A stretch of 64,000 bases of DNA from Eledone cirrhosa (Eukaryota), in assembly GCA_964016885.1 (NCBI GenBank), contig OZ024743.1, positions 107,880,001 to 107,944,000 of the forward strand, in the 5' to 3' direction. Positions 10,900-26,448 of this stretch are shown in pieces. Positions within the stretch are counted from its first letter, which is position 1. Each line of letters starts with the position of its first letter. The position numbers were made by a program, and so were the translations under genes. The notes under the pieces were generated by a model. The model was not told where the DNA came from, ran no database searches, and worked only from the letters and a program-made list of their open reading frames with translations.

Positions 10900-12883
10900 C
10901 CGATAGTGGCGTTGGTGGAGCTGATGGCTCTGGTGTTAGCGGTAATTGTGGTATCGGTAGTAATCGTAGTGAATGAAGAAGTTGGTGCTAGTGATGATGG
11001 CTCTAATTATGATGGTGGTGGGTTTAGTAATAGTGAGAGCTAGTGTTGGTTGTGCTTATGGTGGCTCTGGTGGTACTGGTGATGGAAGTGGCGGTTGTAG
11101 TATTGGTTTTAGTTTGAGTAATTATAGTGTCAATGTTGGTGACTGTAGCTGTAATGTGAGATCTGGTGGATGTAATGGTGTTTGTGTTGGTAGCCGTGTT
11201 GTTATTGTTGATAGCGCTGTTGTTAATGTTAGCAGCGTTGGTGTTAGCGTAGGTCATGAAAGCGTTAGTTTTGGTAGAGTGGTGTTGATATTATTGGAGA
11301 CTGTAGATATAATGAAGTTAGTGTTGTTAGTGGTGATGGTGATAGTTGTCGTGGCTGCGGCGATGCTGTTGGAGGTGGTTTTGGGGGGCGAGATGAGGCT
11401 GTGGTAGTTGTTATTATCGTTGGTTTTGTCGTGGTTGTTGTTTTTGTGGTGGTGGTGGTGGTGGTGGTTGTCGTTGTTGTTTCGGTGGTAGTATTTATTG
11501 ATATTTGTGATGTAATGTTTTTTGTTGCGGTGAGGTTTATAGTGTTGTTTTTTAATGGTATATGTAATGATGATGCGGTTGTTGTTGTGTACACACTGGT
11601 GGTGTTTGTGTTGATGTTGTCGATGTTGGTGGTGGCAATGGTGTAGGTATTGGTGGTGATGATACTATCGGGGGATTAGTGTTGAAGCTAATGTTGGTGC
11701 TGATGTTGATATCGCTGGTGGCATGTTAGTGTTGGTGTTAGTGATGTTGTCCATGCTGTGGTGATATCGTTGGTGTTGGTTGTGTTGGTTGTGTTGTTGA
11801 TATTTGTGTTGATGGATGTGGTGATATCACGTTAGTGTTTGTGTTAATCATATTGCCCATGTTGATAGTGATGTCGCAGGGGCTGGGGTTTGTATTGATG
11901 GTGATATCACTGATGGTGGTGGTGGTGATTGTGGTAGTTGTGGCGGGGCTGGTGTTGCTGGTAATATTACTACTAACAATTAAATTAAAAAAAAAAAAAA
12001 TAACAGAATGACAAGAATGACAGAATGAGTGAAGAAATAAAGAAACACGACTACTGCTGCTGCTGTAGTTGCTGCTATTGCAGTTGCTGCTGTATTTACT
12101 GCTGCTAATGATGATCTTGTTGATGCTGCTGCAGTTGCAGTTGATACTTCAGTTGTGGTTACTGCTGCTGTTACTACTGAGCTTACTGTTGCTGCTGCTG
12201 CTGTTGCGGTTGCTGCTGCTGTTTCTGATGCTGTTGTCATAATTGTCGCTGTCGCTTTTGCTACGCCTGCTATTGCTGCTGCCGTTCTTGCTGTCGATGA
12301 TGATGGTAATGATGATGGTACTGATGACGACGATGATGGCAATGATGATGTTGGTGGTGGCGTTGTTGATAGTGGTGGTGTTGGCGATGGTAATGGTGGT
12401 GGTGTTGTTGTAGTTGATGGTGAGGGCCGGAAAGAGAGATACGATAAGGGTAATGATGATGATGTTGATGATGTCCATGTAGTTATCATCCATTCTCTCC
12501 TACAGTTTGTCATCACCATTGATACCTATTACATCTATCATGCAATACCACCACCATCAACAATAACACGACCACAATCGCCAGCATCACCACCCTCGCC
12601 ATCAACATCACCATCAGCGCCACCGTAAATACTATCTCCATCAGCGTCACCACCACCAACAACAACAAAAACACGATCAACATCACCACCACCACCACCA
12701 CCCCCACCACAAGAACTCAAATCAGCGTCACGATACATCACCACAACCACCACCACTACGACCTCTGACATCAACACCATCGGCTTCACCATCATCAATA
12801 CCATCACCAACAACCACCGCCACCACCCCCGCCATCATCCAGTGGTACAACCATTTCAACAGTAAATTCGAGTCGGTACTCAT

Positions 12884-12961
<78 letters not shown>

Positions 12962-13093
12962 TTATTTGTAGTAGTAGTAGTAGTAGTAGCAGTAGTAGTA
13001 GTAGTAGTAGTAGTAGTATTTGTAGTAGCAGTAGTAGTAGTAGTAGTAGTATTTGTAGTAGTAGTATTTGTAGTAGTAGTAGTAGCAGTATTT

Positions 13094-13153
<60 letters not shown>

Positions 13154-13198
13154 ATAGTAGTAGTGGTGGTGGTGGCAGCAGCAGTAGTATACAAAGCA

Positions 13199-13200
<2 letters not shown>
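10900..13200. repeat. Degenerate trinucleotide low-complexity block (GTG/GTT/GCT/CAC/GTA)
   Basis: Successive degenerate triplet arrays ending in near-pure (GTA)n at 12884-13190. Confidence 0.9.
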
Positions 13201-13297
<97 letters not shown>

Positions 13298-14269
13298 CAA
13301 TTCAGTTATGTGGGCGTGGATTACTAATATATTTTCCGTCTTAAGTAGGTAAAGTGATTGAAACATGTCACGTTATGGACCCATAACTCCTGATGGGGTT
13401 GTGGAGGTACTGCAGGGATATACGTGTTACCTGGCGGGGACTATCTACCTCCTGGTCTGATCACACCCGATTTATTTCAGGGAAGGTGAGAGTGAGAGTG
13501 GGTGCGAGTAAGATATAGACGAAGAATAAGAATTGATCCTAGTATAGTATTGGACTAGAGTGGAGAGTACCAGAATAAATGCCGAAAAACATTCTATCCA
13601 ACATTCTAGCTATAAGATCCAGCAATAGTATTTATTATTCTGGTATTTAATTTATTGACATCGAAATTATTAAAGGAAAAGTTTAACTGGCCAGCATTTA
13701 ATTTCAGTGTGCAGAAATCTGGAATCGTCCCCTGGTTGAAACATGCTAAATTCTAACCCCTTTGATCAAATTTTCATCAAATAAATACCAGTCATGTACT
13801 GAAATCAATTCAATCGCCTATACTTCATGTTTCTAATACAAGTACTGGAGGTAATTTAACCAAGTGATCCTGCAAAACTAATTATATATTTTTTCCAGTT
13901 GTCTACCGAACAAGTTCATAAAACAATTGAAAACTATTAAAAAATAAACCACACAAAATGTAATGATCTACTTATAGAAAATTATATTAAAACGCACAGA
14001 CCAAAATTGTACCGATCACCAAAAAATGCATACTCAAGCCACATTCTCCCCACCCCCACACACCAGCACATACAGACTACACCCTCCAAATATATTTAAA
14101 GAAAGAGGGTCGGCTACTACGTGGCTTAGGTAAATAACATGCCCACATAATATATAGATAGGTGTAATGTACCCATCCTGCAAGCGTGTACACATAATTC
14201 GAGTAAAAATATCAATTAGTGATTTATCTAATTATGGGATATATTATACCGACATTGTCGTATCAATTT

Positions 14270-15060
14270 AGAACTATGTCAACTATAACCTTGCAGTACA
14301 TACCTACCACTAGTTAATTTGAATTAAGTTAACTATAATCACTCTGTGGAATTAAATGGAGCTAGATACATTTTAATAGCACAGTCAGATTATTCAGAAA
14401 TAGGTCAACTGTACTAACACTTCGGGGTTAACAGAATTATGTTGACTATAACAATTATGTGAACCTACAGACACAGGTCCTCTATACACACCCTGGTCAA
14501 TAAACCTACAACAATTTACTTTGGAATAAATTAAATGTAACAACACTGCGGGCCTACAAACAAACTAGGTCAGCTGTACCTATGTTGCTGTATATACCTA
14601 GCACTATTTATTTTGACAGCATATTGACCTACACAAATCTAGGCCAACCTCAACAAAGTTACAGACCAATACAGAACAAATCAATTTTAGCGACATTTAG
14701 AAACTACACAAAATTAAATCAGTTTGAGCAACACTGTGGACCTACACAAAACTAGGTCAACTTTAAGAACACTGCGAATACCTTCCACAATTTCAACGAG
14801 GAAATCTATAATCAAACTGTAAATCTCATTGTTGTAGCTACTTTATACTAGGTCAACTATATATAAAGTAGAGCCTACTTTGAACATGCTAACTGGACCC
14901 ACAATACATTAGATATTTTAAAGTAGGTCAACCATAAAGCTTAGTTTAAAACTAGTGTTTTATGTTCCCACGTTGTAACTATTTCAAACAAGGTGAACAT
15001 ACCTACAAATCCATATTTATAAGTAGATCAATTTTGATCTACATTACAGTACCTACCATG

Positions 15061-15122
<62 letters not shown>

Positions 15123-15501
15123 ACCATATTAACGCGTCTTCGAAATACGTCAAGAATAGGCAAAGTGTTTTCCCGACTGAGGACTAATTGTGCCCACATT
15201 TTATACCTACTTAGAAATTGGTTTACTATAACCACCTTCCTGCAGTTACTTACATTCAGGTTAACTATATACACGTTATAAAAAACCTACACAGACCAAG
15301 TTCAACAACAACGCCATTGAGGACCTAAAAAGAACTAGGTCAACTATAGCCGCCCTGTTGTACGAACGTACAAATAAACTCTACCTTGTAGTATGTACAT
15401 ATAACTTGTTGAACTATACTCATACACAGGTCAGCTATATCTACACCCTTATGGCTATTGGCTCAACTATACCAACATTGGTATTTTTACTTAGAACTAC
15501 T

Positions 15502-15532
<31 letters not shown>

Positions 15533-15683
15533 AACGAAGATTTAGAAATAGAAGCCAGGAATATCTGTCATCAGTGGTCCACTAGCCATCTTAGGTATTT
15601 CTTCGCATTACAGACCATCTCTTTATACCTCAAGCTAGGGCGATACGATAACTAAATTAAGTTATTGGGATAAAAAGAGTTGG

Positions 15684-15714
<31 letters not shown>

Positions 15715-15950
15715 CCTGTTGTACGTAACTACAAAAGAGTCAACACTGCCAATAGTGTGTTGTCCTATTAGAACAAGGTTAGCTATAACTATCATACTGT
15801 AATTAAATTACTTATAACTAGATCGCCTCTAACTTTCATGCTGCATTTTCTGCAGAAATGTGTAAACTACTTTCGTTCTGCAATATCTACCCAGAACTAC
15901 GCGAAGACTGCCTACTCTGTTGTACGGAGTTAAACTATGCCCACATTTGT
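14270..15950 (+). repeat. Old degenerate ~38-40 bp minisatellite (approx. ctaggtcaactataacaacactgtggacctacacaaaa)
   Basis: Recurrent (t)aggtcaact(a/g)ta and acctac motifs, e.g. at 14400, 14562, 14640, 14749, 14848, 14920, 15333 and 15428; interrupted by TA tracts. Confidence 0.65.
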
Positions 15951-16859
15951 ACATTATTAAACCAAGCAGTAATCCATGAAGATACAAACCCTAAAAGTTC
16001 ATCAACATTAGACAAATATCGATGAACAGGTTTCCTTGCATGAAGGGTGCTGGTGGTTCGGGTCTGAACTTGAAAGCAAAACGCTGGAACAAAAGCTGCA
16101 ACAGATCTCGTACGACGCACGAACGAGTGGCAAACTGGTCTGACGATTGCCTTGTGTGTGGAATGTATATACATATACGACGAGCTTCAGCAGTTTCCGT
16201 CTGCTAAATTCCACTCACAAAGCATTCGTCGCTGCAAAGCATGACGTCCAACCCTCTACCGATACTGCAAATCTATTGATTTGGTTTTGTTTGTTTATTT
16301 TTTCACCCATATTCCGTGCTGATCAAGCTGATCTTTGATCAAAGTCAGTTTAACAGAGACTGCGCAATTATGTTCCTATGTAACAGAGAAATCTGGACCG
16401 CAATAACAAACAGGGTGTTAAGTAAAGGAGATTTAACTACCATTCGGAAGATGTCGAGATAACCTATAGAGATTCTGATTTGTTCGATAAAATACCACTC
16501 ATATATTGTGAGAGGGAGTGGATTTAATCAATTAAATCCCTAACCCTTAATTTAAAACTCGATGCTTGAGCTAGAACTAACACTACTTACTATAAATATA
16601 TGATTGATCGAATTTTCGTCGTTTTCGACGTTTAGTGTTCCAGACATGTCAACTCTCGCATCCGACGGGGAGATATCCCCACCCACTTTGGTGTGGGTGA
16701 CAGATGTCTTCTCTTGTGAAAATTGGTATAGCTTTCATTATGTAAATCTCCCCCATTTTGCCTCATTTCTCCCCGATTTGGGGCGCTCTTTTATGGTACT
16801 CCCCATATGGGTATTTAGAGATTGGCATGTCTAGTGATCCAACAACGGAAGAGTTTGCT

Positions 16860-17145
16860 CATAATGTTAACATATAAGTGACTACGCATTTTACAGACAC
16901 CTGTAGCCTGAAGATAATTTATATGGACATTCAAAGTGAAACTGCATAACAGGAGCTGACTTCGTGGATTAGAGATACATACGACCCGACTGTCTTCTAA
17001 ACAATTTCCTTCTATCCAATTTCACTCACAAGACATGGGCGGCTCCGAGCATATAGTATAGATACCTGCTCAAGATGTCACGCAGTGGATTCGCATCCGG
17101 GATGTCATGATTGCAAAGAGATCTCCTTAAGCATATGGTCTTGCC
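16860..17145 (-). mobile_element. Degenerate tRNA/CORE-like SINE
   Basis: ttcactcacaagacatgggcggctccgagcatatagta...tgctcaagatgtcacgcagtgga is the reverse complement of the head/CORE region also seen at 10460-10600. Confidence 0.55.
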
Positions 17146-17387
17146 GAATCCATGTAGCTGTTACGTTTATACCAGGAAACCTGTATATGGTCGCTCAACA
17201 ATAAAGAAATAGTAGCCAATTAATGCTCATAATCCACCCTGATATCTTAGAGAAGGATCCCTTGGATTGGTCATGAATGGAATGTCTCTGATCCAAAGAT
17301 AAATCTAACATAAAGCCGAACAATAAAAACCACAATGGTTACAGCAATACGCATTCATAGCTAACACCATCAACTCTACCATCTCTT

Positions 17388-17443
<56 letters not shown>

Positions 17444-17546
17444 GCTGCTGATGATGATGATGCTACTGCTATTGCTGCTACTGCTGCTGCTACTACTACT
17501 ACTACTACTACTAGTGATTCTGCTATTGCTGCTCCTGCTGCTGCTG

Positions 17547-17605
<59 letters not shown>

Positions 17606-17627
17606 GCTACTACTACTACTGCTGATG

Positions 17628-17707
<80 letters not shown>

Positions 17708-17789
17708 ACTACTGCTACTACTACTACTACTACTGCTACTACTACTACTGCTGCTGCTCTTACTACTACTGCTATTGCTGCTGCTGTTG

Positions 17790-17866
<77 letters not shown>

Positions 17867-17890
17867 GCAGCTGCAACTTCTGTTACTGCT
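17388..17890. repeat. (CTA/CTG)n trinucleotide array
   Basis: Directly visible; similar arrays are at 23230-23990 and 59990-60245. Confidence 0.95.
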
Positions 17891-18260
17891 GCTGCCGTTG
17901 CATTTGTTGTCTATATTGCTGCTAATGTTGTTTGTTTTCTTGTTTAACCACAGTTACGCCTTGATTAAATCTACAATTCAGTCGTGACAATACCGTATTA
18001 TGAAGTCTATCTAGGTGTATATATAACGAATGTGTTCTTCCTATATTAAAAGTGTAGGCTGTAAATAGAAATAATTTCGTTGCTATTTCTAGCATTTCTA
18101 GCAACCACACACAAACTATTTTCTTTATAGATTGATGCTGCAGATGTTGCTTTCAGCATTGTTCTTCTTGTGTCTCCTTCCCACCCTCTCTCTTTCTTTA
18201 TATGTATATACACTCATACACACACATACATATGTGTGTATATATATATATGTGTATATA

Positions 18261-18393
<133 letters not shown>

Positions 18394-18399
18394 TGTTAG

Positions 18400-18577
18400 A
18401 AAAACCACAGACCCTCCATCCCAACTCTACTTTTGAAAAGCAGAAGAACTGCGAGACCGGTAAAGGAACCAAATAAATATATATATATTTTTTTTTAAAA
18501 TAAGACTCTTTTTTTCTTTATACTTTCACTCGTGTAGGACACCTCGGTTATTTTTCATTTTGTAAAAAAAACCTCAC

Positions 18578-18583
<6 letters not shown>
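18400..18583 (+). mobile_element. Family F short insert (HHR 3' half); second copy at 33668-33870
   Basis: Two similar copies, each flanked by (TA)n. The 33.7 kb copy has gc-GAAA-ccgg-TA-aagg then AATAAA; this copy reads GAGA. Confidence 0.7.
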
Positions 18584-19076
<493 letters not shown>

Positions 19077-19253
19077 TAGAGAGAGAAAGAGAGAACGAAA
19101 GAGAGAACGAGAGAGGGGTGAGTGAGAGAAAGAAGAGAGAGAGAGAGAGAGAGAGAGATGTAAAATCCTGACTGCGGCCCCAAGCGTTTACATGTATCTA
19201 TACCCCACTCTTCATCTCGCAGCTCTTAGTACCGCAGACTTTCTCTCTCTCTC

Positions 19254-19285
<32 letters not shown>

Positions 19286-19326
19286 CGATATTAAATAAAT
19301 GGAAACTATATTTATAAAACCATATT

Positions 19327-19392
19327 TATTTCATTATATATATTTCAGGGATATCATATTAACAATATGCTATGCCTTCCTCAGACAAAATA
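19327..19392 (-). ncRNA. Type I hammerhead ribozyme (family D)
   Basis: tattttgt-CTGAGGA-agg.c.ata.g.catatt-gtt-aatatg.a.tat.c.cct-GAAA-tatata-TA-atgaaata; 8-bp stem I including two G.U pairs. Confidence 0.75.
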
Positions 19393-19869
19393 CAATATAG
19401 ACAGTTTTATAGATAAATAGATTTGACATACCGTTCAACATCGAGTTGTATTTGAAAAGTTGATTTGGCAGTGAAAAAATTGTAAACAGAAAGAAAGAAA
19501 GAAAGAGAGAAAAAATATATATATATGTGCGTATGTGTGTATTTGTCTGTGTATACATATTGGGCAAGTTTCATTCTCCTAGTCATTGTCTCACTCTCTT
19601 TCTGCCGTGTTGTTACCTGCCCGTGGGTCTCCACTACGGCCACTAACACTAATCAGAGGCTTGCCATCACCACTGCTTACATCCACCTCCGACATCATCA
19701 CCATCAATACCTCATAATCATCATTGTTCTTATTATCCTCTTTGTCACCATCATCAAAAAGTCTAGTTTCCTCATCATTATCATCATCAACACTACCACA
19801 ACAAAAACAAAAAAAACAACATCTCAAATGTAACAAACAACACCAACACTTCCATCAATCATCATCACC

Positions 19870-19877
19870 ATCATCTG

Positions 19878-19917
<40 letters not shown>

Positions 19918-22280
19918 ACAACCCACACCAACTCCAATATCAACACAAAACAAGGAACGCCAACTCCACCACCAACAACACCACCACCACCAACAACAAC
20001 ATCATCACCAATATTATCGCGAACAACACCAACAACAACACCAACGCCAACAACACCAACACCACCATCAACACAACATCATCACCAACATTGCCGGGAA
20101 CAACGCCAATAACAACACCTCCACCAACACCACCACCACCACCAACACCAACAACAACACCACCACCAACAACACCAACAACAACGCCAACAACAACACC
20201 AACACCAACACCACCACCACCAACACCAACAACAACACCACCACCAACAACACCAACAACAACGCCAACAACAACACCCCTACCAACACCACCACCACCA
20301 ACACCAACAACAACACCACCACCAACAACACCAACAACAACACCAACAACAACACCAACAACAACACCACCACCAACAACACCAACAACAACACCAACAA
20401 CAACACCACCACCAACAACAACACCAACAACACCACCAACAACATCAACACCACAACCAACAACAACACCAACAACACCAACACCACCACCAACACAACA
20501 TCATCACCAACATTACTGCGAACAACACCAATACCACCTCCTAAAACACCAACACCACAGCCAACAACACCACCACCACCAACAACATCGTCACCAACAT
20601 TACCGCGAACAACACGACCAACAACACCACCACCAACAACATCAACACCACCACCACCAACAACAACAACACCAACACCACCGCCAACAACAGCAACCCC
20701 ACCACCAACAACATCAACACCACCACCACCAACAACATCGTCACCAACATTACCGCGAACAACACCACCAACAACACCACCACCAACAACACCAACACCA
20801 CCGCCAACAACACCACCACCACCAACAACACCATCACCAATACGAACAACACCAACACCACCGCCTACAACACCAACACAACCACCAACAACAACACCAC
20901 CACCAACAACACCAACACCATCACCACCAACAACACCAACAACAACACCAACAACAACATCGTCACCAATATTACCGCGAACAACACCAACAACAACACC
21001 ACCAACAACAACACCAACACCACAGCCTACAATACCAACACCACCACCAACACCACCACCACCACCAACAACAACACCACCACCACCAACAACACCACCA
21101 CCACCACCAACACCACCACCAACAACAACACCAACACCACAGCCTACAATACCAACACCACCACCAACACCACCACCACCACCAACAACAACACCACCAC
21201 CAACAACACCACCACCACCACCAACAACACCACCACCAACAACAACACCAACACCACCACCAATACGACATCATCACCAACATTACCGCGAACAACACCA
21301 ACAACAGCACCACCACTAACAACATCAACACCACCACAACCAACCACAACAAAACCAACAACAACACCACCACCAACACCACCAACAACACCACCAACAA
21401 CAACATCAACACCACCAACTACAACAACACCAACAACAACACCGACAACAACACCACCACCAACAACACCAACAACAACACCAACAACAACATCAACACC
21501 ACCAACCACAAAAACACCAACAACAACACCAACAACACCACCAACAACAACAACGACATCACCAACAACAACACCAACAACAAGACCAACAACAACACCA
21601 CCACCAACAACATCAACACCACTAACAACAACATCACCAACAACAACATCAACACCACCACCAACACCACCACCAACAACAACACCAACAACAACACCAC
21701 CACAAACAACATCAACACCACAAACAACATCAACACCACCAACAACAACATCACCAACAACAACATCAACACCACCACCAACAACAACACCAACACCAAC
21801 ACCACCACCGCCAACACCAACACCAACAACAACACCACCACCAACAACAACATCAACACCAACAACAACAACACCAACAACTTCAACACCAACAACAACA
21901 ACACCAACAACACCAACAACAACACCAACACCAACAACATCAACACCACCAACAACAACACCAACAACAACACCAACAACAACACCAACAACAACACCAC
22001 CACCAACAACATCAACAACACCAACAACAACATCACCAACATCAACACCAACACGAACATCACCAACATCAACACCAACACGAAAATCACCAACATCACC
22101 ACGAACGTTACCAACAACAACATCAATGCTACCAGTACCACAGCAACATCAACAACAGCTACACCAACAACACTAACACCAGCACAACAACAACAACATC
22201 CATGCCACCAGTACCACAGCAACATCAACAACAACAAACATTAACCCTACCACTACCACCACCACCACCACCACAAAGAA
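19870..22280. repeat. (ACC/AAC)n compound trinucleotide array
   Basis: 2.4 kb of CAA/CAC triplets with a recurring catc(a/g)tcaccaacattaccgcgaac motif. Confidence 0.92.
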
Positions 22281-22361
22281 TACCAACACAACCATAATAC
22301 AAAAACATCAATAACACCTCCTTTACCAGTTTTGACAATTTCACTATAAGACTCTACATGC

Positions 22362-22411
<50 letters not shown>

Positions 22412-22902
22412 CATCTCTATATCTCTCTATCTAGCTCTCCCTCTCTCACCCACACATTCTATCGCTCTCTCCCTCTCGCTCATTCACACGTTCTCTCTCT
22501 CTCTCAATCACACAAAGTTTCTATCTCTTATACTCTCTCTTTCTTTCTCTCTCTCTCTGTCTCTCTCAAACTCTCTCTCTGTAACACTCTCTCTCTCACT
22601 CACACATTCTATCTCTCTCTCCCTCTCGCACATTCACACATTCTCTCTCTCTCTCTCTCAATCACACAAAGTTTCTATCTCTTATACTCTCTCTCTCTCT
22701 CTCAAACTCTCTCTCTGTAACTCGCTCTCTCTCACTCACACATTCTATCTCTCTCTCCCTCTCACTCTTTCACACATTCTCTTCCTCTCTCTCTCTCTCT
22801 ATCTATCTATCTCTCTATCTATCTATTTATTTCTATCGATCTAATGCTCTCTCTCCTCTTTCTCAGCTGCATTTTCCCTCCCTCATTATTTCTCTTTCTC
22901 TG

Positions 22903-23066
22903 TAGAGGGTCAGACACCATGCTTTCCAGCATAGTTACGTCCCTTTACGATCTGAGTTCAAATCCCGCCGAGGTTGACTTTGCCTTTCATCCTTACGAGG
23001 TCGATAAAATAAAGTACCAGTAATGCACTGGAATAATTGATGGCCTTGTGCCAAAAGTAGAAACAA

Positions 23067-23068
<2 letters not shown>
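22903..23068 (+). mobile_element. SINE S1
   Basis: gtagagggtcagacaccatg...ctgagttcaaatcccgccgaggttgactttgcctttcatccttacgaggtcgataaaataaagtaccag...agtagaaacaatt. Confidence 0.85.
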
Positions 23069-23122
<54 letters not shown>

Positions 23123-23349
23123 ATCTCTCTCTATCTCCTTCTCTCTTTATATATATATACCCACACCACCGCCTTTAGCTACGAACATCTCTTCATGTTG
23201 AGGCTGCTGCGGTTGTTGTTACAGCAGTTGCTGCTACTGCTGCTCTGCTACTACTACTACTACTACTACTACTGATGATGATGATGTTGCTACTACTACT
23301 GCTACTACTACTACTATTGCTGCTGATGATGATGTTGCTACTACTACTG

Positions 23350-23429
<80 letters not shown>

Positions 23430-23445
23430 ATTGCTACTACTGCTA

Positions 23446-23519
<74 letters not shown>

Positions 23520-23567
23520 ACTACTACTGCTGCTGCTGCTGCTCTGCTGCTGTTGTTGCTACTACTG

Positions 23568-23651
<84 letters not shown>

Positions 23652-23684
23652 CTGCTGCTGCTGCTGCTGCTGCTACTACTGCTG

Positions 23685-23764
<80 letters not shown>

Positions 23765-23886
23765 ACGCTACAGCAACTGCTGCTACTACTGCTTCTGGTA
23801 TTCGTGCTACTTGCTCTACTATTCCCTATGCTGCATGCTGCTGCACACGCTGCTGCAACTGCAACTGCAACCGACTGCTGCTGTAA

Positions 23887-23926
<40 letters not shown>

Positions 23927-24169
23927 GCTGCTGCTGTTACTGCTGCTACTGCTGCTGCTACTGCTGCTACTATTATTACTTCTACTACTGTTTTGGTTTC
24001 ACAGAAAGACTGTACATCCAGGCATCATATCTCTCTCTCTCACACATACACACACACATATATATATATATATATATGCACTCATATATAGATATATATA
24101 TGTGTATGTGTGTGTTTGTGTGTGTGTGTGTGTGTGTGAGTGTGTGAGGGTGTGTGTATGTGTGTGTGT

Positions 24170-25232
24170 GTGTGTATGCATGTATATATACACATGTGTG
24201 TGTTTGTGTGTGCGGCGCGTGTGTGTGTGTGCATGTATATATACACACGCGTGTGCGTATGTGTGAAGCGCGCGCGCGTGTGTGTGTGTGTGCATGTATA
24301 TATACACATGTGCGTGTGTGTCTGCATGTATATATACACATGTGTGTGTGTGTGTGTGTCTGCATGTATATATACACATGTGTGTGTGCGTGTGTGTGTG
24401 TGTGTGTGTGTCTGCATGTATATATACGCATGTGTGTGTGTCTGCATGTATATATACACATGTGTCTGTGTGTGCGCGTGTGTGTATGTGTGTGTGTCTG
24501 CATGTATATATACACATGTGTGTGTCTGTGCCTGCATGTATATATACACATGTGTGTGTGTGTGTCTGCATATATATATACACATGTGTGTGTGTATGTG
24601 TGTGTGTGAGTCTGCATGTATATATACACATGCGTGTGTGTGTGTGTGTGTGTCTGCATGTATATATATACATGTGTGTGTGCGTGTGTGAGTGTGTGTG
24701 TCGGTGTCTGCATGTATATATACACATGTGTGTGTGTGTGTCTGCATGTATATATACGCATGTGTGTGTGTGTATGTGTCTGCATGTATATATACACATG
24801 TGTGTGTGTATGTCTGGATGTATATATACGCATGTGTGTGTGTCTGCATGTATATATACACATGTGTGTGTGTATGTCTGCATGTATATATACGCATGCG
24901 CGCGCGTGTGTGTGTGTGTGTGTGTCTGCATGTATATATACACATGTGTGTGTGTGTGTGTCTGCATGTATATATACGCATGTGTGTGTGTGTGTATGTC
25001 TGCATGTATATATACACATGTGTGTGTGTGTGTGTCTGCATGTATATATATATATACGCATGTGTGTGTGTGTGTGTGTGTGTGTCTGCATGTATATATA
25101 CGCATGTGTGTGTCTGCATGTATATATACACATGTGTGTGTGTGATGTGTGTGTGTCTGCATGTATATATATACGCATGTGTGTGTGTGATGTGTGTGTG
25201 TCTGCATGTATATATACACATGTGTGTGTGTA
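24170..25232. repeat. Minisatellite, ~30-38 bp unit tctgcatgtatatatac(a/g)catg(tg)n
   Basis: Roughly 30 tandem units with a fixed quasi-palindromic core and a variable (TG)n spacer. Confidence 0.93.
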
Positions 25233-25574
25233 AGCATGAACCACGCAAGGTTTATCTTAATTCAAATAATAGCTATAATTCGTCAGTGAGGGTGATCTAC
25301 AATTAATTAGAAATTAGTCGAGGGCTACGATCAACGGCTATGTGAAATAAATCAACAGAAAGTATGAATCCAAAACATACAATATCCTCCTATAAGTAAT
25401 ATATAGACAGTTTATATACGCATCACATAATAATAAATGTATATATGTATATGCAATCTTACATAGAACGGTGAATAAGTATAAATGCATGTTCGTATCG
25501 ATGTATGTATATGTATATGTGTATATATATATATATATATCTATAAATATGTGTGTGTATGTATGTAGCTAAGT

Positions 25575-25633
<59 letters not shown>

Positions 25634-25743
25634 TGTATTTATATATCCAAACGCATATATAGATAGATATATATACGCCTGGAACTAGCTGTTGAAAAGG
25701 AAACACCTATCGGGTCCAACTCTTTATAATATATCTATATATC

Positions 25744-25778
<35 letters not shown>

Positions 25779-25816
25779 ATATGTATATTTATATATATAT
25801 GTATATAAATATATAT

Positions 25817-25864
<48 letters not shown>

Positions 25865-25872
25865 TTAAATTT

Positions 25873-25939
<67 letters not shown>

Positions 25940-25953
25940 AATATATATATATA

Positions 25954-26048
<95 letters not shown>

Positions 26049-26258
26049 GCATATATGTACATGTATATATATATATATATATATATCCATATATACATGT
26101 ACGTATATACAGCGAATGCGAGATAGGGAGAGAGAGATTTTCCTATTTCAACCGTTAAACTAATATATATCTTCATTTTTGTGTATCGTTTTGTTGTTGT
26201 TTTCGGTTAGCACACACACATACAACCCCCCCCCCCCCCCCCCCCCCACACACACACA

Positions 26259-26348
<90 letters not shown>

Positions 26349-26417
26349 CACACACATTACCGCACGGGCACACACGCGCTCACATGGACACATGTATGCA
26401 TGTGTGTATAGAGAGAC

Positions 26418-26448
<31 letters not shown>

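Noticed and set aside
10973-11407. 144-aa ORF with a hydrophobic N-terminus resembling a signal peptide
   Set aside because: It sits in a degenerate GTG/GTT triplet block, and the Val/Gly richness follows from the repeat.
15528-15690. CTGATGA on the minus strand (15568-15574) in a TA-flanked island
   Set aside because: No downstream stem II/GAAA. It may be another element tail but is not a hammerhead.
16908-16950. CTGAAGA...GAAAC on the plus strand
   Set aside because: No stem II or stem I pairing; it lies in a decayed SINE tail.
20091-22244. 717-aa Thr/Pro/His/Gln/Asn-rich ORF
   Set aside because: It is the translation of an (ACC/AAC)n array, which lacks stops on this strand. Composition shifts with frame slips, and there are no domains or splice evidence.
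24170-25232. Repeat-spacer look resembling a CRISPR array
   Set aside because: The spacers are just (TG)n, the context is eukaryotic, and there are no cas genes.
23985-25306. 200-420 aa ORFs in several frames on both strands
   Set aside because: Minisatellite translation. The same applies to all [16 protein letters not shown] and poly-L/V/T ORFs in the track.
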